Source: an uncultured Pelagibacteraceae bacterium (GTDB lineage: Bacteria; Pseudomonadota; Alphaproteobacteria; Pelagibacterales; Pelagibacteraceae). Taken from it: a stretch of DNA of 64,000 nucleotides. Below the pieces are notes generated by a model. The model did no database searches. It was not told where the DNA came from and worked only from the letters and a program-made list of their open reading frames with translations. Below are positions 33,104-42,749 of this stretch, in pieces. Position 1 is the stretch's first letter. Every line of letters begins with the position of its first letter. Made by a program: the position numbers and the translations under genes. Where the stretch lies: assembly GCA_902543535.1 (NCBI GenBank), contig CACBYG010000007.1:3746-67745 (forward strand), read 5' to 3'.

Positions 33104-34309
33104 ATGAATAAAAATTTAAGAGTTCCCTATGGTCTCAGCGTACATGGAAATGAGGAGATTAGGGCTGTAACAAAGGTTTTAAAAACAAGCACACAAATGG
33201 GGCGAAATGTAAGTATTTTTGAAAAAAAAATTTCCAAGTTATTTGATAAAAGATATGGATTAATGGTTAATTCAGGTTCATCAGCTTTATTGCTAGCAAT
33301 GGAAACTTTAGATTTTCCTGTTGGCAGTGAAATTATTACACCAGCCTTAACATTTTCTACTACAGTTGGGTACATTGTTAGAAATAATTGGGTTCCTGTG
33401 TTTGTGGATGTTGAAGAAGGAACCTATTGTATAAATGAAGATAAAATTAAAAATTTAATTACAAAAAAGACTAAGGCTGTTGTTGCACCTCATTTAATGG
33501 GAAATATAGTAAATTGGGATAAAATAGCACCATTATTAAAAAAAAAAGGTATACTTATAATTGAAGACTCTGCTGATACGTTGGGTGCAACATATAAAAA
33601 AAAATCTACAGGTCACCATGCTGACATAAGCATTACAAGTTTCTATGGATCACATATAATTAATTGTGCAGGGAATGGTGGAATGGTTTGTTTTAACAAT
33701 AAATCAAAATATACTAGGGCGAAGTTACTAAGATCTTGGGGAAGAAGTTCATCTTTGTTTGATGAAAAATCTGAAAAAATAGAAAACAGATTCAATATTA
33801 AACTAGATGGAATTCTTTATGATAAAAAATTTGTTTTTGAAAAGATTGGTCATAATCTTGAACCATCAGAATTAGGTGCTGCTTTTGGCTTAGTGCAACT
33901 AAAAAAGCTTAAACAAAACTTAAGGAAGAGAGAAATAAATTTTAATTTACACACAAATTATCTTAAAAAATACAATAAATATTTCATATTACCTAAACAG
34001 TTACCAGGCTCTAGATCTGGTTGGCTAGCATATCCAATTACAATTACAGAAAAAGCACCATTTTCACGAACTCAAATGCAAATATTTTTAGAAAAAAAAA
34101 ACATACAGACGCGAGTGGTTTTTACTGGAAATATCCTTAGACAACCAGGATTTAAAAATATAAAAGCTAAGAGAAATAAAAATGGATACCCTGAAGCTGA
34201 TAAAGTAATGAAAAATGGAATTCTTTTGGCTTGTCATCATGGTTTAACTTCAAAAATGATAAAACATATTCACAAATCTATTGATGAATTTATATTAAGA
34301 TATAGTTAA
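33104..34309 (+). CDS. DegT/DnrJ family PLP enzyme, RfbH/ColD-like NDP-4-keto-6-deoxyhexose 3-dehydratase
   Basis: VNSGSSA, IEDSAD, SFYGSHII (His at the Schiff-base Lys position), LRSWGR, YDKKF..IGHNL, FTGNILRQP. Confidence 0.8.
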   Translation: MNKNLRVPYGLSVHGNEEIRAVTKVLKTSTQMGRNVSIFEKKISKLFDKRYGLMVNSGSSALLLAMETLDFPVGSEIITPALTFSTTVGYIVRNNWVPVFVDVEEGTYCINEDKIKNLITKKTKAVVAPHLMGNIVNWDKIAPLLKKKGILIIEDSADTLGATYKKKSTGHHADISITSFYGSHIINCAGNGGMVCFNNKSKYTRAKLLRSWGRSSSLFDEKSEKIENRFNIKLDGILYDKKFVFEKIGHNLEPSELGAAFGLVQLKKLKQNLRKREINFNLHTNYLKKYNKYFILPKQLPGSRSGWLAYPITITEKAPFSRTQMQIFLEKKNIQTRVVFTGNILRQPGFKNIKAKRNKNGYPEADKVMKNGILLACHHGLTSKMIKHIHKSIDEFILRYS

Positions 34310-35010
34310 TCTGTTATTTTAAATTTTGATTTTCTACTATCAGTTAAGAAATTTTTAACGGTATCTTTGGTCAAGTTTTCAAATGTTTGACCAAAGTGTT
34401 CAATTTTTTCAATTATTTTTGGTGGTATAGTAATTAGATGGCAGCCTAGTTGTTTTGCTTGTAAAAAATTGTAAGGTTCTCTTACACTTGCCCAAAGTAT
34501 TTCAACGTTTTTAAATTTTTTTGCAAGTGCAATACTTTTTTTAAATTCAGGGACTGGATCTTTACCAGCATCTGCCGCTCTCCCTGCAAATATAGAAATA
34601 ATTACTTTAGATTTTTTGTTTAGTTTTTTTAAAATTTCTTTTACTTGGATGGATGTGTAGACCGCTGTAATATTCAGTTTGATATTTTGACTATTTAATT
34701 CTTTTATAATTTTACCCATAAACTTTCCTTTAGAATTAACTAATGGTATTTTTACGTAGACATTTTTTGCCCAGCTATTAATTTCAAAAGCTTGTTTTTT
34801 CATTTCAAAATATTCATCTGCAAAAACTTCAAGGGAAACAGGCTTATTTTTGCAGATTTTTAATATCTTTTTTGAGTATGTTTTGTAATCTTTTGCTCCA
34901 GCTTTCCTCATAAGGCTGGGATTTGTTGTGAAACCTTTAACAATTTTTTTTTTATTAAATTTTTTAATGGTATTAATTTCAGCGATATCGCAAAATATTT
35001 TAGTTTTCAA
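34306..35010 (-). CDS. tal: transaldolase (short TalC/FSA family)
   Basis: IFCD, GFTTNPSL, SLEV, YVKIP, SIFAGR, WASVR. Confidence 0.9.
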   Translation of the reverse strand: MKTKIFCDIAEINTIKKFNKKKIVKGFTTNPSLMRKAGAKDYKTYSKKILKICKNKPVSLEVFADEYFEMKKQAFEINSWAKNVYVKIPLVNSKGKFMGKIIKELNSQNIKLNITAVYTSIQVKEILKKLNKKSKVIISIFAGRAADAGKDPVPEFKKSIALAKKFKNVEILWASVREPYNFLQAKQLGCHLITIPPKIIEKIEHFGQTFENLTKDTVKNFLTDSRKSKFKITD

Positions 35011-35019
35011 TTTTTAAAC

Positions 35020-36417
35020 CTATAAATTTTTAGTTATATCTTCTGTCATTTTTTTTGCATCTGCGAATAACATCAATGTATTTTCTTTATAAAATAAATC
35101 ATTGTCGATACCTGCATAACCTGGTGATAAACTTCTTTTTACAAATAATACAGATTTACATTTTTCAACATCAAGAACAGGCATGCCATATATTGGGCTT
35201 TGAGGATCAGTTTTTGCAACAGGGTTTGTAACATCGTTGGCACCAATAACAAAAGCTACATCTGCATTTGCAAAATCGTTGTTTATTTCCTCTAGTTCAA
35301 AAACCTCATCATAAGGAACATTTGCTTCAGCTAATAAAACATTCATATGTCCAGGCATTCTGCCTGCAACAGGATGAATTGCATAAGATACCTTAATATC
35401 GTTTTTTTTAAGAGTGTCTACCATCTCTCTTAATGCGTGCTGAGCTTGAGCAACAGCCATTCCATAACCTGGCACTATTATAACAGATGAGGCATTTTTC
35501 ATTAAAAATGCAGCATCATCAGCATTACCACTTTTAACTGGTCTTTGTTCTTTATTTGAGGCAACAGATTCATTTTCAGTTGCACCAAATCCACCTAAAA
35601 TTACATTAAAGAATGAGCGATTCATTCCTTTACACATGATATATGACAAGATAGCACCCGAAGATCCAACAAGTGCACCAGTAATAATTAATGCTGTGTT
35701 TTCTAATGTAAAACCTATTCCTGCTGCTGCCCAACCAGAGTAAGAATTTAACATAGAAATAACTACTGGCATATCTGCTCCACCGATAGGAATGATTAAA
35801 AGAAAACCTATTAAAAATGAAATACTCAAGAGTATCCAAAAGTAATTAGATGATTGAGTTGAACATAATAAATAAATTATAAAAATTATTGAAATTAAAA
35901 TTATTGCATTGAGTGGATGTTGTCCTTTAAATGTAATTGGTGAACCTGACATTATTCCCTGTAGTTTTAAGAAAGCAATGATAGAGCCTGAAAATGTTAT
36001 GGCTCCTACTGCAGCTCCTATAGACATTTCTATTAAACTACCAAGTTTTATATTTCCTGGCTTTCCAAGATTGAATGCCTCGGGATTCAAAAAAGCAGAA
36101 ATTGCTACAAAGACTGCCGCTAATCCAACTAGACTATGAAATCCTGCAACTAATTCTGGCATAGCAGTCATAGGTATTCTATAGGCAATAAATGCCCCTA
36201 TAGACCCTCCAACTAAAATAAATATTAATACAAAAATAAATCCTGTAGAAAAATTACCAGTGGATAAAAATGTTACTGTCACAGCAATAACCATCCCAAA
36301 AATTCCAAAAAAATTGCCCTGTCTTGATGTTTCAGGTGAAGATAGTCCCCTTAATGCAAGAATAAACAATACACCTGAAACTAAATAGAATATTGCAGAT
36401 AAATTTGCTGATATCAT
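35020..36417 (-). CDS. pntB: NAD(P) transhydrogenase beta subunit
   Basis: IGGADMPVVISMLNSYSG, PGYGMAVAQAQ, HPVAGRMPGHMN. Confidence 0.98.
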   Translation of the reverse strand: MISANLSAIFYLVSGVLFILALRGLSSPETSRQGNFFGIFGMVIAVTVTFLSTGNFSTGFIFVLIFILVGGSIGAFIAYRIPMTAMPELVAGFHSLVGLAAVFVAISAFLNPEAFNLGKPGNIKLGSLIEMSIGAAVGAITFSGSIIAFLKLQGIMSGSPITFKGQHPLNAIILISIIFIIYLLCSTQSSNYFWILLSISFLIGFLLIIPIGGADMPVVISMLNSYSGWAAAGIGFTLENTALIITGALVGSSGAILSYIMCKGMNRSFFNVILGGFGATENESVASNKEQRPVKSGNADDAAFLMKNASSVIIVPGYGMAVAQAQHALREMVDTLKKNDIKVSYAIHPVAGRMPGHMNVLLAEANVPYDEVFELEEINNDFANADVAFVIGANDVTNPVAKTDPQSPIYGMPVLDVEKCKSVLFVKRSLSPGYAGIDNDLFYKENTLMLFADAKKMTEDITKNL

Positions 36418-36725
36418 TATTTATCCTTTTTCTTCTTTTTATACATTGCTAACATTCTTTGAGTTACAAGAAATCCACCAAAAATATTTATTGCTGCTAA
36501 TGCTATAGCCAAAAAACCAAAAATACTTGATGTATTAAACACAGTCTCAGAATTGCCTGATAGGCCTGCAATAATAGCTCCAACAATAATTACTGAAGAA
36601 ATAGCATTAGTTACTGACATTAAAGGTGTATGTAATGATGGGGTAACACTCCAAACAACATAATATCCAACAAATATTGAGAGGATAAATATGCTAAGTC
36701 TAAATATTAAAGGATCTATTTCCAT
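36417..36725 (-). CDS. pntAB: NAD(P) transhydrogenase alpha subunit part 2 (membrane)
   Basis: LHTPLMSVTNAIS, NIFGGFLVTQRML. Confidence 0.96.
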   Translation of the reverse strand: MEIDPLIFRLSIFILSIFVGYYVVWSVTPSLHTPLMSVTNAISSVIIVGAIIAGLSGNSETVFNTSSIFGFLAIALAAINIFGGFLVTQRMLAMYKKKKKDK

Positions 36726-36728
36726 AAC

Positions 36729-37817
36729 TTATTTTATTAATGTCTTTTTTATAATTTCGTCTTCCAAATTAATATTAATTTTTTTATTTTCTTTATCGAA
36801 TAAATTATCAACAAAATTAAAAACATTTTTTGCATAAAGATTTGAGGCTGATACTGGTAATTTATTCAAAATATTGCTCTCACCCATAATTCTTACCCCA
36901 TTTTTTTCAATAATTTTATCTACTTCAGTAAATGCAGTATTTCCACCTTGTATTGCAGCCAAATCATATATAACTGATCCTGTTTGCATATTATTCACCA
37001 TAGTATCTTTAATTATCAAAGGTGCTTTTTTTCCTGGTATTAAAGCAGTACAAATTACAATATTAATTTTTTTTAAAGTTTCATGTAAAAGTTCTTCTTG
37101 TTTTTTTTTAAAATCATCTGAGGCCTCTTTTGCATAGCCTCCCTCAGTTTCTAAATTTTCAGAACCTTCTACCATAAGAAATTTTCCTCCTAAACTTTCA
37201 ACTTGCTCTTTTGATGCCATCCTTACATCTGTTGCAAAAACAATTGCACCCATTCTTTTTGCTGTAGCTATAGCTTGAAGACCAGCAACCCCTGCTCCTA
37301 CAACCAATACTTTAGCTGCTGGTATTGTTCCTGCGGCAGTCATCATCATAGGAATTGCTTTTTCAAAATTTGCAAAGGATTCTATTACAGCCTTATATCC
37401 AGCTAGATTAGCTTGAGAAGATAAAATATCCATGGATTGAGCTCTTGTAATTCTAGGAAGTAATTCAAGTGAAAAAAGATTTATTTTTTTTTTTGCTAAG
37501 ATTTCTAATTTCTCTTTATTAATGTATGGATCTAAAACTCCAATTATTGTCTGATTTTCTTTTAATAAAGAAATTTTATCATCTGATAACATTCCAAGCT
37601 GAACAATGACATCAGAGATAGACAAAACTTTATTTTCATCATCTATGATATTTACACCAAGTTCTGTAAATTCATTATCAGTTATGCCAAGGTGTGAACC
37701 GTAATTTTTACTTAAATAAATTTCAATTCCAAGAGATGTATATTTTTTAACAACCTCGGGAGTAATTGCTATCCTACATTCAACATTTTGATTTTCTAAA
37801 ATTGATCCTATTTTCAT
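36729..37817 (-). CDS. pntA: NAD(P) transhydrogenase alpha subunit part 1
   Basis: PRITRAQSMD, GAGVAGL, TALIPG. Confidence 0.97.
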   Translation of the reverse strand: MKIGSILENQNVECRIAITPEVVKKYTSLGIEIYLSKNYGSHLGITDNEFTELGVNIIDDENKVLSISDVIVQLGMLSDDKISLLKENQTIIGVLDPYINKEKLEILAKKKINLFSLELLPRITRAQSMDILSSQANLAGYKAVIESFANFEKAIPMMMTAAGTIPAAKVLVVGAGVAGLQAIATAKRMGAIVFATDVRMASKEQVESLGGKFLMVEGSENLETEGGYAKEASDDFKKKQEELLHETLKKINIVICTALIPGKKAPLIIKDTMVNNMQTGSVIYDLAAIQGGNTAFTEVDKIIEKNGVRIMGESNILNKLPVSASNLYAKNVFNFVDNLFDKENKKININLEDEIIKKTLIK

Positions 37818-37826
37818 CAGATTACC

Positions 37827-37937
37827 TTATAATAAAAATATTGCCATTAGAGCCAAAACTACTATTACTGCGACTGTTCCCCACAGAACAAACTTTGTAA
37901 AATTATTCCATGTATTCTTATGGTTTTCATTATCCAT
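37827..37937 (-). CDS. aa3-type cytochrome c oxidase subunit IV-like small membrane protein (36 aa; not in ORF track)
   Basis: MDNENHKNTWNNFTKFVLWGTVAVIVVLALMAIFLL*, matching the D-x3-H-x2-T-[WY]-x2-F plus TM pattern of the family. Confidence 0.8.
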   Translation of the reverse strand: MDNENHKNTWNNFTKFVLWGTVAVIVVLALMAIFLL

Positions 37938-37942
37938 AAAAA

Positions 37943-38068
37943 TTATTTTTGTCTTGCTTTAAATTTTGGATTAGTTTTATTGATAACGTAAACCCTACCT
38001 CTTCTTCTGACTAGCTTGGAGTTTAAATCTCTTTTTTTAATTGATTTAAGTGAACTTTTTATTTTCAT
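37943..38068 (-). CDS. rpmJ: 50S ribosomal protein L36 (Cys-free type; not in ORF track)
   Basis: [41 protein letters not shown]. Confidence 0.96.
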   Translation of the reverse strand: MKIKSSLKSIKKRDLNSKLVRRRGRVYVINKTNPKFKARQK

Positions 38069-38952
38069 AAATTTTTGTCTTTAATAAACGAACTTATATA
38101 ATCTTTCAAACTTATTTTTCCAAATCTTCTAATTATTTTATTATTATTAGAAAATTTAGTTAATTTAGATGCATATCTTTCCCCTTGTCTTGATTTTAAA
38201 AAAATAATTCTTGATTTAAACATTTTTGCAACTTGCATTATTGAGTAAGATTTTTTGTGAGAAATGCTGTAATGCTTACATTTGTTTTTTTTCCATGCTA
38301 AATAACAAGTTTCAATTGTGTCATTTACATGAGTAAATCTCCTAGTTTGAGTTCCTGGACTTACAATTGGTAGTGGGGTTTTTTTTTTGTAACAATTTTC
38401 AAATATTCCAATTACTGTTGCCATAGATCCAGTTTTAATTTGACCCTTACCATAAACATTATAAAAATAAATTATTTCAAATTTAAATTTAAACCATTTT
38501 TTTAAGTTCTCTAACAATTCTAAATTTTTGGATTTTGTAAATGCATATGGGGACAAATTTTTATCATTTCCTAAATTACCAAGTGATGCTGAGGTTGCGG
38601 AATATATTAATTTTATTTTATTGTCTAAACAAAATTTAAATACTGATTTTGATCCAATTGAATTTGACTCATAACATTTATCAAAATTTTTGAAGCTTTG
38701 ATAGATTCTTGAAAACTCCCCAAAGTGAAAAAGACAATTAATTTTTTTTTTATATTTCGATAAAAGTTTATAAATATCTTTTGTATTTCCTTTAATATAT
38801 TTTACCCTTTTGTTTTTTATGTGATTGTTTATTGATCCAGAAGAATAATTATCTATACAGATTATATCTTTATTTGTTTTTTTTATTAGAAAAGTTATTA
38901 AATTTGATCCTATAAAACCTGCTCCACCAGTAACTACTATATGATTTTTCAT
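38065..38952 (-). CDS. NAD-dependent nucleotide-sugar epimerase/dehydratase (extended SDR)
   Basis: [23 protein letters not shown]. Start moved to ATG 38952 because the ORF-track extension lies in the 5S rRNA. Confidence 0.9.
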   Translation of the reverse strand: MKNHIVVTGGAGFIGSNLITFLIKKTNKDIICIDNYSSGSINNHIKNKRVKYIKGNTKDIYKLLSKYKKKINCLFHFGEFSRIYQSFKNFDKCYESNSIGSKSVFKFCLDNKIKLIYSATSASLGNLGNDKNLSPYAFTKSKNLELLENLKKWFKFKFEIIYFYNVYGKGQIKTGSMATVIGIFENCYKKKTPLPIVSPGTQTRRFTHVNDTIETCYLAWKKNKCKHYSISHKKSYSIMQVAKMFKSRIIFLKSRQGERYASKLTKFSNNNKIIRRFGKISLKDYISSFIKDKNL

Positions 38953-38961
38953 TGAGTTTAA

Positions 38962-39077
38962 GCCTGGCAATGTCCTACTCTTCCATGTCTTAAGACAAAG
39001 TACCATTGGCGCAGAAAGGCTTGACTTCCGAGTTCGGAATGGGATCGGGTATAACCCTTTCGCAATAATTACCAGGC
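38962..39077 (-). rRNA. rrf: 5S rRNA, unlinked from 16S/23S
   Basis: GCCTGGTAAT...ACCCGATCCCATTCCGAACTCGGAAGTCAAG...GCGCCAATGGTACT...GAGTAGGACATTGCCAGGC, with complementary ends forming helix I. Confidence 0.97.
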
Positions 39078-39082
39078 AGAGC

Positions 39083-39111
39083 TTTCTACTCTTAAATTAA
39101 AAAAAAGTAAA
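39083..39111 (-). promoter_or_regulatory. putative dedicated 5S rRNA promoter
   Basis: TTTACT (39111-39106) - 17 nt - TAGAAA (39088-39083), 5 nt before the first 5S base. Confidence 0.55.
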
Positions 39112-39224
39112 CACCTCAATAATCAATATAATCAAAGAAATTTAGTAGTAATAATGGTTATGAATATCTAAAAACTGAAACCGAATTAAATTATTCATAA
39201 TAAAAGATTTTAAAATTATATAAC

Positions 39225-40151
39225 TTAAAAATTTATTCTTTCTTTTTCAATAACTAAAGGTAATGATCTTGTATGACTAAGCGTAACTGAAATATATTCT
39301 CCTACTAATCCTAAAAGCATAATTTGTACAGAAGATATAAAAAAAAATCCAATCACTATGGGTGCCATACCTAAATCAAAACTGTCCCAAAAGAATAACT
39401 TATAAAATAAAAAAATAATTGAAACAAAAAATGACAAAACACTCACAATAAATCCAAGAATAATCATTAATCTTAAAGGCATTTTTGAGTGTTTTACAAA
39501 ACCTAACATGGCCATGTCAATCAAAGTGAAAAGACTATTTTTTGTTTTGCCATGTTTTCTTTTGGGTTGATCAAATTGGATTAAGGCAATGTCATCCTCT
39601 ATTTCAGAGACCAGACCTCTTAGATAAGGCAATGGTTCTTTTAATGTTTTAAAAGTTTTAATTACTGACTTGTCAAAAATACCTGAACCAGTTGTGTCTA
39701 TAGTTAATTTATTATCTGAAGTTTTTGTAAGTAACCTATAGTAAATTTTTCTAATATTTTTCATTAAAAGATTTTCCTCAGAAGTTTTTTTTTGTAACAA
39801 AACAATCTTTTGTTTATTTTCCCATTTATTTATCAATTTAGGAATAAGTTCGATTGGATCCTGAAAATCTGAAGCAATCAATATAGTTGCATCACCAGTA
39901 GATTGCAGAATACCATAAAATGGGGAACTTATGTGACCATAGTTTTTGTTGTTAATTATTACCTTAACATTTTTGTCATTTTCACAAATTTTTCTCAAGA
40001 TTGGGATTGTATTGTCAGTTGAGTTATTATCTATCACTATATGTTCATATTCGTAGTCTAAATTTATAAATTCTTTTTTAATCTTTTCATATAGGAGCTC
40101 AATATTTTCTTCTTCATTGTAAGTTGGGGTGACTACTGATATTTTTTTCAT
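39225..40151 (-). CDS. GT2 polyprenol-phosphate glycosyltransferase (GtrB/ArnC-like)
   Basis: VVTPTYNEEENI, DNNSTD, ASDFQDP, R..G..K, two C-terminal TMs ending LGLVGEYI. Confidence 0.9.
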   Translation of the reverse strand: MKKISVVTPTYNEEENIELLYEKIKKEFINLDYEYEHIVIDNNSTDNTIPILRKICENDKNVKVIINNKNYGHISSPFYGILQSTGDATILIASDFQDPIELIPKLINKWENKQKIVLLQKKTSEENLLMKNIRKIYYRLLTKTSDNKLTIDTTGSGIFDKSVIKTFKTLKEPLPYLRGLVSEIEDDIALIQFDQPKRKHGKTKNSLFTLIDMAMLGFVKHSKMPLRLMIILGFIVSVLSFFVSIIFLFYKLFFWDSFDLGMAPIVIGFFFISSVQIMLLGLVGEYISVTLSHTRSLPLVIEKERINF

Positions 40152-40228
40152 AAATTCATAAAATTATTTAAAGATGTATTAATAATAGACTAATAAATAA
40201 ATAAATAATAGAATTTATATAAATTTAA

Positions 40229-40894
40229 TTAATTTAAAAGTTTAAATAAATGGTCATTTCGAAGTGACATCTTTTTTAAATATTTATATTTTTTTTTTTT
40301 CAAAAATTTGGCTAGTTTTTTTTTATGGTAAGTCTCAACTAAGATATATTTGAATTTATATTTTTTGAAATCAATACCTCTTAAAACCTGTAATTCATCA
40401 CCTTCAACATCTAGCGAAAAAAAATCAATTTTTTTTGGTGCTTTAGCTTTGTCTAATAATGAGTCCAAAGTAGATGATTTAACTTTTATATTGACTCTAT
40501 CATTAATATTATCACTAGTTGATCTTGTGCTCAAAGTGTCATTTATATTTAGTTTTAATTCAACATATTTTTTTCTATAGGAAAAAGACCTTAATGCTCG
40601 TTTGAAAAAAAAATTTTTTTTGGATCTATTCCTCTTTAATTCTGTAAATGCCTCACTCACTGGTTCAATTAGTAAACCATTCCATTTAAGCTTTTTTTCA
40701 AAATACCAAGTGTTTGACTGGTTAACACCATCGTTAGCACCGCATTCAATATAAAAACCATTTGTATAATTTATATATTTTAACATTTTTTTATCTAGAC
40801 CATCATAGCCATTAAAATCTTGAAATTTTTTAATATATGTTTTTAATTTTACTGGAAATAAACCTTTAACTTTGATTAGAATTTTCCCAAACAT
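40229..40894 (-). CDS. FkbM family methyltransferase
   Basis: YIECGANDG..QSNT, WNGLLIEP, IDFFSLDVEG.E. Confidence 0.9.
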   Translation of the reverse strand: MFGKILIKVKGLFPVKLKTYIKKFQDFNGYDGLDKKMLKYINYTNGFYIECGANDGVNQSNTWYFEKKLKWNGLLIEPVSEAFTELKRNRSKKNFFFKRALRSFSYRKKYVELKLNINDTLSTRSTSDNINDRVNIKVKSSTLDSLLDKAKAPKKIDFFSLDVEGDELQVLRGIDFKKYKFKYILVETYHKKKLAKFLKKKKYKYLKKMSLRNDHLFKLLN

Positions 40895-40897
40895 AGT

Positions 40898-41857
40898 TTA
40901 TTTTAAAAAAATTCTTCTTAAGATTCTTAATAAGTTTAGTAAAAAAAATGGAATTAAGTAAATGATTAACATAAAAATTTTTACAATAATAGGTTCATTA
41001 AAAATTTTTCTTTCATTACGAATATTTTCAAAAGTTTTTCTCTTACCGAAATATTTGAGGGATAAAAATAACCATGAAATTATATTTTTAAAAAAAATAT
41101 GAATATATATTTTATCAATTTCACTACGTTTAAGATTTGAATAATATTTTTTTAAAGGAATAAAATAACCCAGATATTCAGACTTTGTTCTTACCATTAA
41201 ATTCTTATTTAACCATGAATTACTAAAACTACCTAACTGATTATAAATACAATCAATATCTAATATTTTCCAATTAGCATATTTTTTTATAATTTTAAGT
41301 ATTATAAAATTTTGAGGAAATTTTGTACTTAACAAATATTTTTTTTCTTTATTTATGATTTTATTTATTAAATTTACATTTATTATCTGACAGCTTGTAA
41401 AACCAATCCTATTTAAATCTTGAAATATATTAAATGATCTCATTTTTTTTTCAGATTTATCACTTGTGAATTTAATATCTTTATTTTTTTTAAAATTTTT
41501 AAATGATAATGTAATTCCAGAAAAATTTCCCTTAAGATAATTTTCTATTTTTTTGAAATTTGGTACATTAAGTCTATCATCATCGCCTATTACTAAAATA
41601 TATTTTGATTTAAATTTATTTATATACTTTGAATATTTAAATTCCCAATTTCCTTTTTGATAAAAAACTTTGAAATTTTTTATTTCTTTTAAAAAAGAGT
41701 TATATAATTTTTTCTTTTTTTTTATAATATCCTTATTTTCACTCCACTCAATAACTCTAACATTTATGTTAGTTAAATCTAATTTACTTATATCATTTAT
41801 CAATTCTTTGATATTGAACCTATCACCTGAGAAAATTAATATTGTTAAAATTTTCAT
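40898..41857 (-). CDS. divergent GT2 glycosyltransferase (RfbV-like)
   Basis: LTILI..R start, YILVIGDDD, GFTSCQI. Confidence 0.55.
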   Translation of the reverse strand: MKILTILIFSGDRFNIKELINDISKLDLTNINVRVIEWSENKDIIKKKKKLYNSFLKEIKNFKVFYQKGNWEFKYSKYINKFKSKYILVIGDDDRLNVPNFKKIENYLKGNFSGITLSFKNFKKNKDIKFTSDKSEKKMRSFNIFQDLNRIGFTSCQIINVNLINKIINKEKKYLLSTKFPQNFIILKIIKKYANWKILDIDCIYNQLGSFSNSWLNKNLMVRTKSEYLGYFIPLKKYYSNLKRSEIDKIYIHIFFKNIISWLFLSLKYFGKRKTFENIRNERKIFNEPIIVKIFMLIIYLIPFFLLNLLRILRRIFLK

Positions 41858-42739
41858 TTAAAAATAAATAAATAATTTTGACTTAAATTTTTTTAAATAA
41901 AAAATTATTAAAATTAAAAACCTAAAAAAAATAAATAAATTAATTATATTTGTCCATTTATATATCTTAATTTTCTTTTTAGAAATTAAACTTGCACTAT
42001 TTGGTACTGCACCACCTAATGTTGATATAATTATTTTACTTTTGGAAAGACAAAATAATTCTGTTAGAAAATCCTCGCCACTAGTTTGTCTAAAGTTTTG
42101 AGGTTTAAATAATGAATTATTCGATATGATATTTGTTTTATTTTTCAATTTATCTAAAAATTTTTTTTTATAAAATTTGCTGTCAGAGCAAATAAAAATA
42201 TTATTTTTTAATGATTTTTTGTTAATAAAATTCATAACATTATTGATCATATGTGTAATTTGAAAATCAAATATCATCTCTTGGAACTGTATTTTATGTA
42301 AAAAGTTTTTAATATTTAAAGATCTGTCAGTTGTCCTTAAATGAATAGCAATAAAATTTGAAGGTAAATTTAATTTTTCAATTTTAGCTGTAATTTTTTT
42401 ATTTGGCATAAAATTCTTGTATAGTTTTTTGCTTAATGAATTAAATTTAAAATTTTTTTTAAAATCAATACCATGTAAATTTTTTAACTTTATTAATTCA
42501 TCTTCGTAATTATAAGGTGAAAATGCTATTTCTGTTTTGGGTCTTTTTTTTAATTTAATAATTTTAAAGTTTTTTATTAAACAAAGGTCAGAAAATAAAT
42601 ATGGAGAGTCTTTTGTTTTTTTTTCGAAAATATATATTTTTTTCTCAAGTTTATTAATTGAAATAATCGCTAAAAAAAAACTTATAACTTTAAATTTGCT
42701 ACTGAAGCCGTCAGTTAATTTTGATAAATCAATATACAT
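41858..42739 (-). CDS. putative fucosyltransferase-like GT-B (GT23/NodZ/GT11-type motifs)
   Basis: DGFSSK, IAIHLRTTD, IFICSDS, ELFCLSKSKIIIST. Confidence 0.55.
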   Translation of the reverse strand: MYIDLSKLTDGFSSKFKVISFFLAIISINKLEKKIYIFEKKTKDSPYLFSDLCLIKNFKIIKLKKRPKTEIAFSPYNYEDELIKLKNLHGIDFKKNFKFNSLSKKLYKNFMPNKKITAKIEKLNLPSNFIAIHLRTTDRSLNIKNFLHKIQFQEMIFDFQITHMINNVMNFINKKSLKNNIFICSDSKFYKKKFLDKLKNKTNIISNNSLFKPQNFRQTSGEDFLTELFCLSKSKIIISTLGGAVPNSASLISKKKIKIYKWTNIINLFIFFRFLILIIFYLKKFKSKLFIYF

Positions 42740-42749
42740 ATTATTAAAT

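Noticed and set aside
38953-39006. N-terminal extension of the epimerase ORF (MVLCLKTWK...)
   Set aside because: It lies mostly within the 5S rRNA, and the Rossmann motif begins right after ATG 38952.
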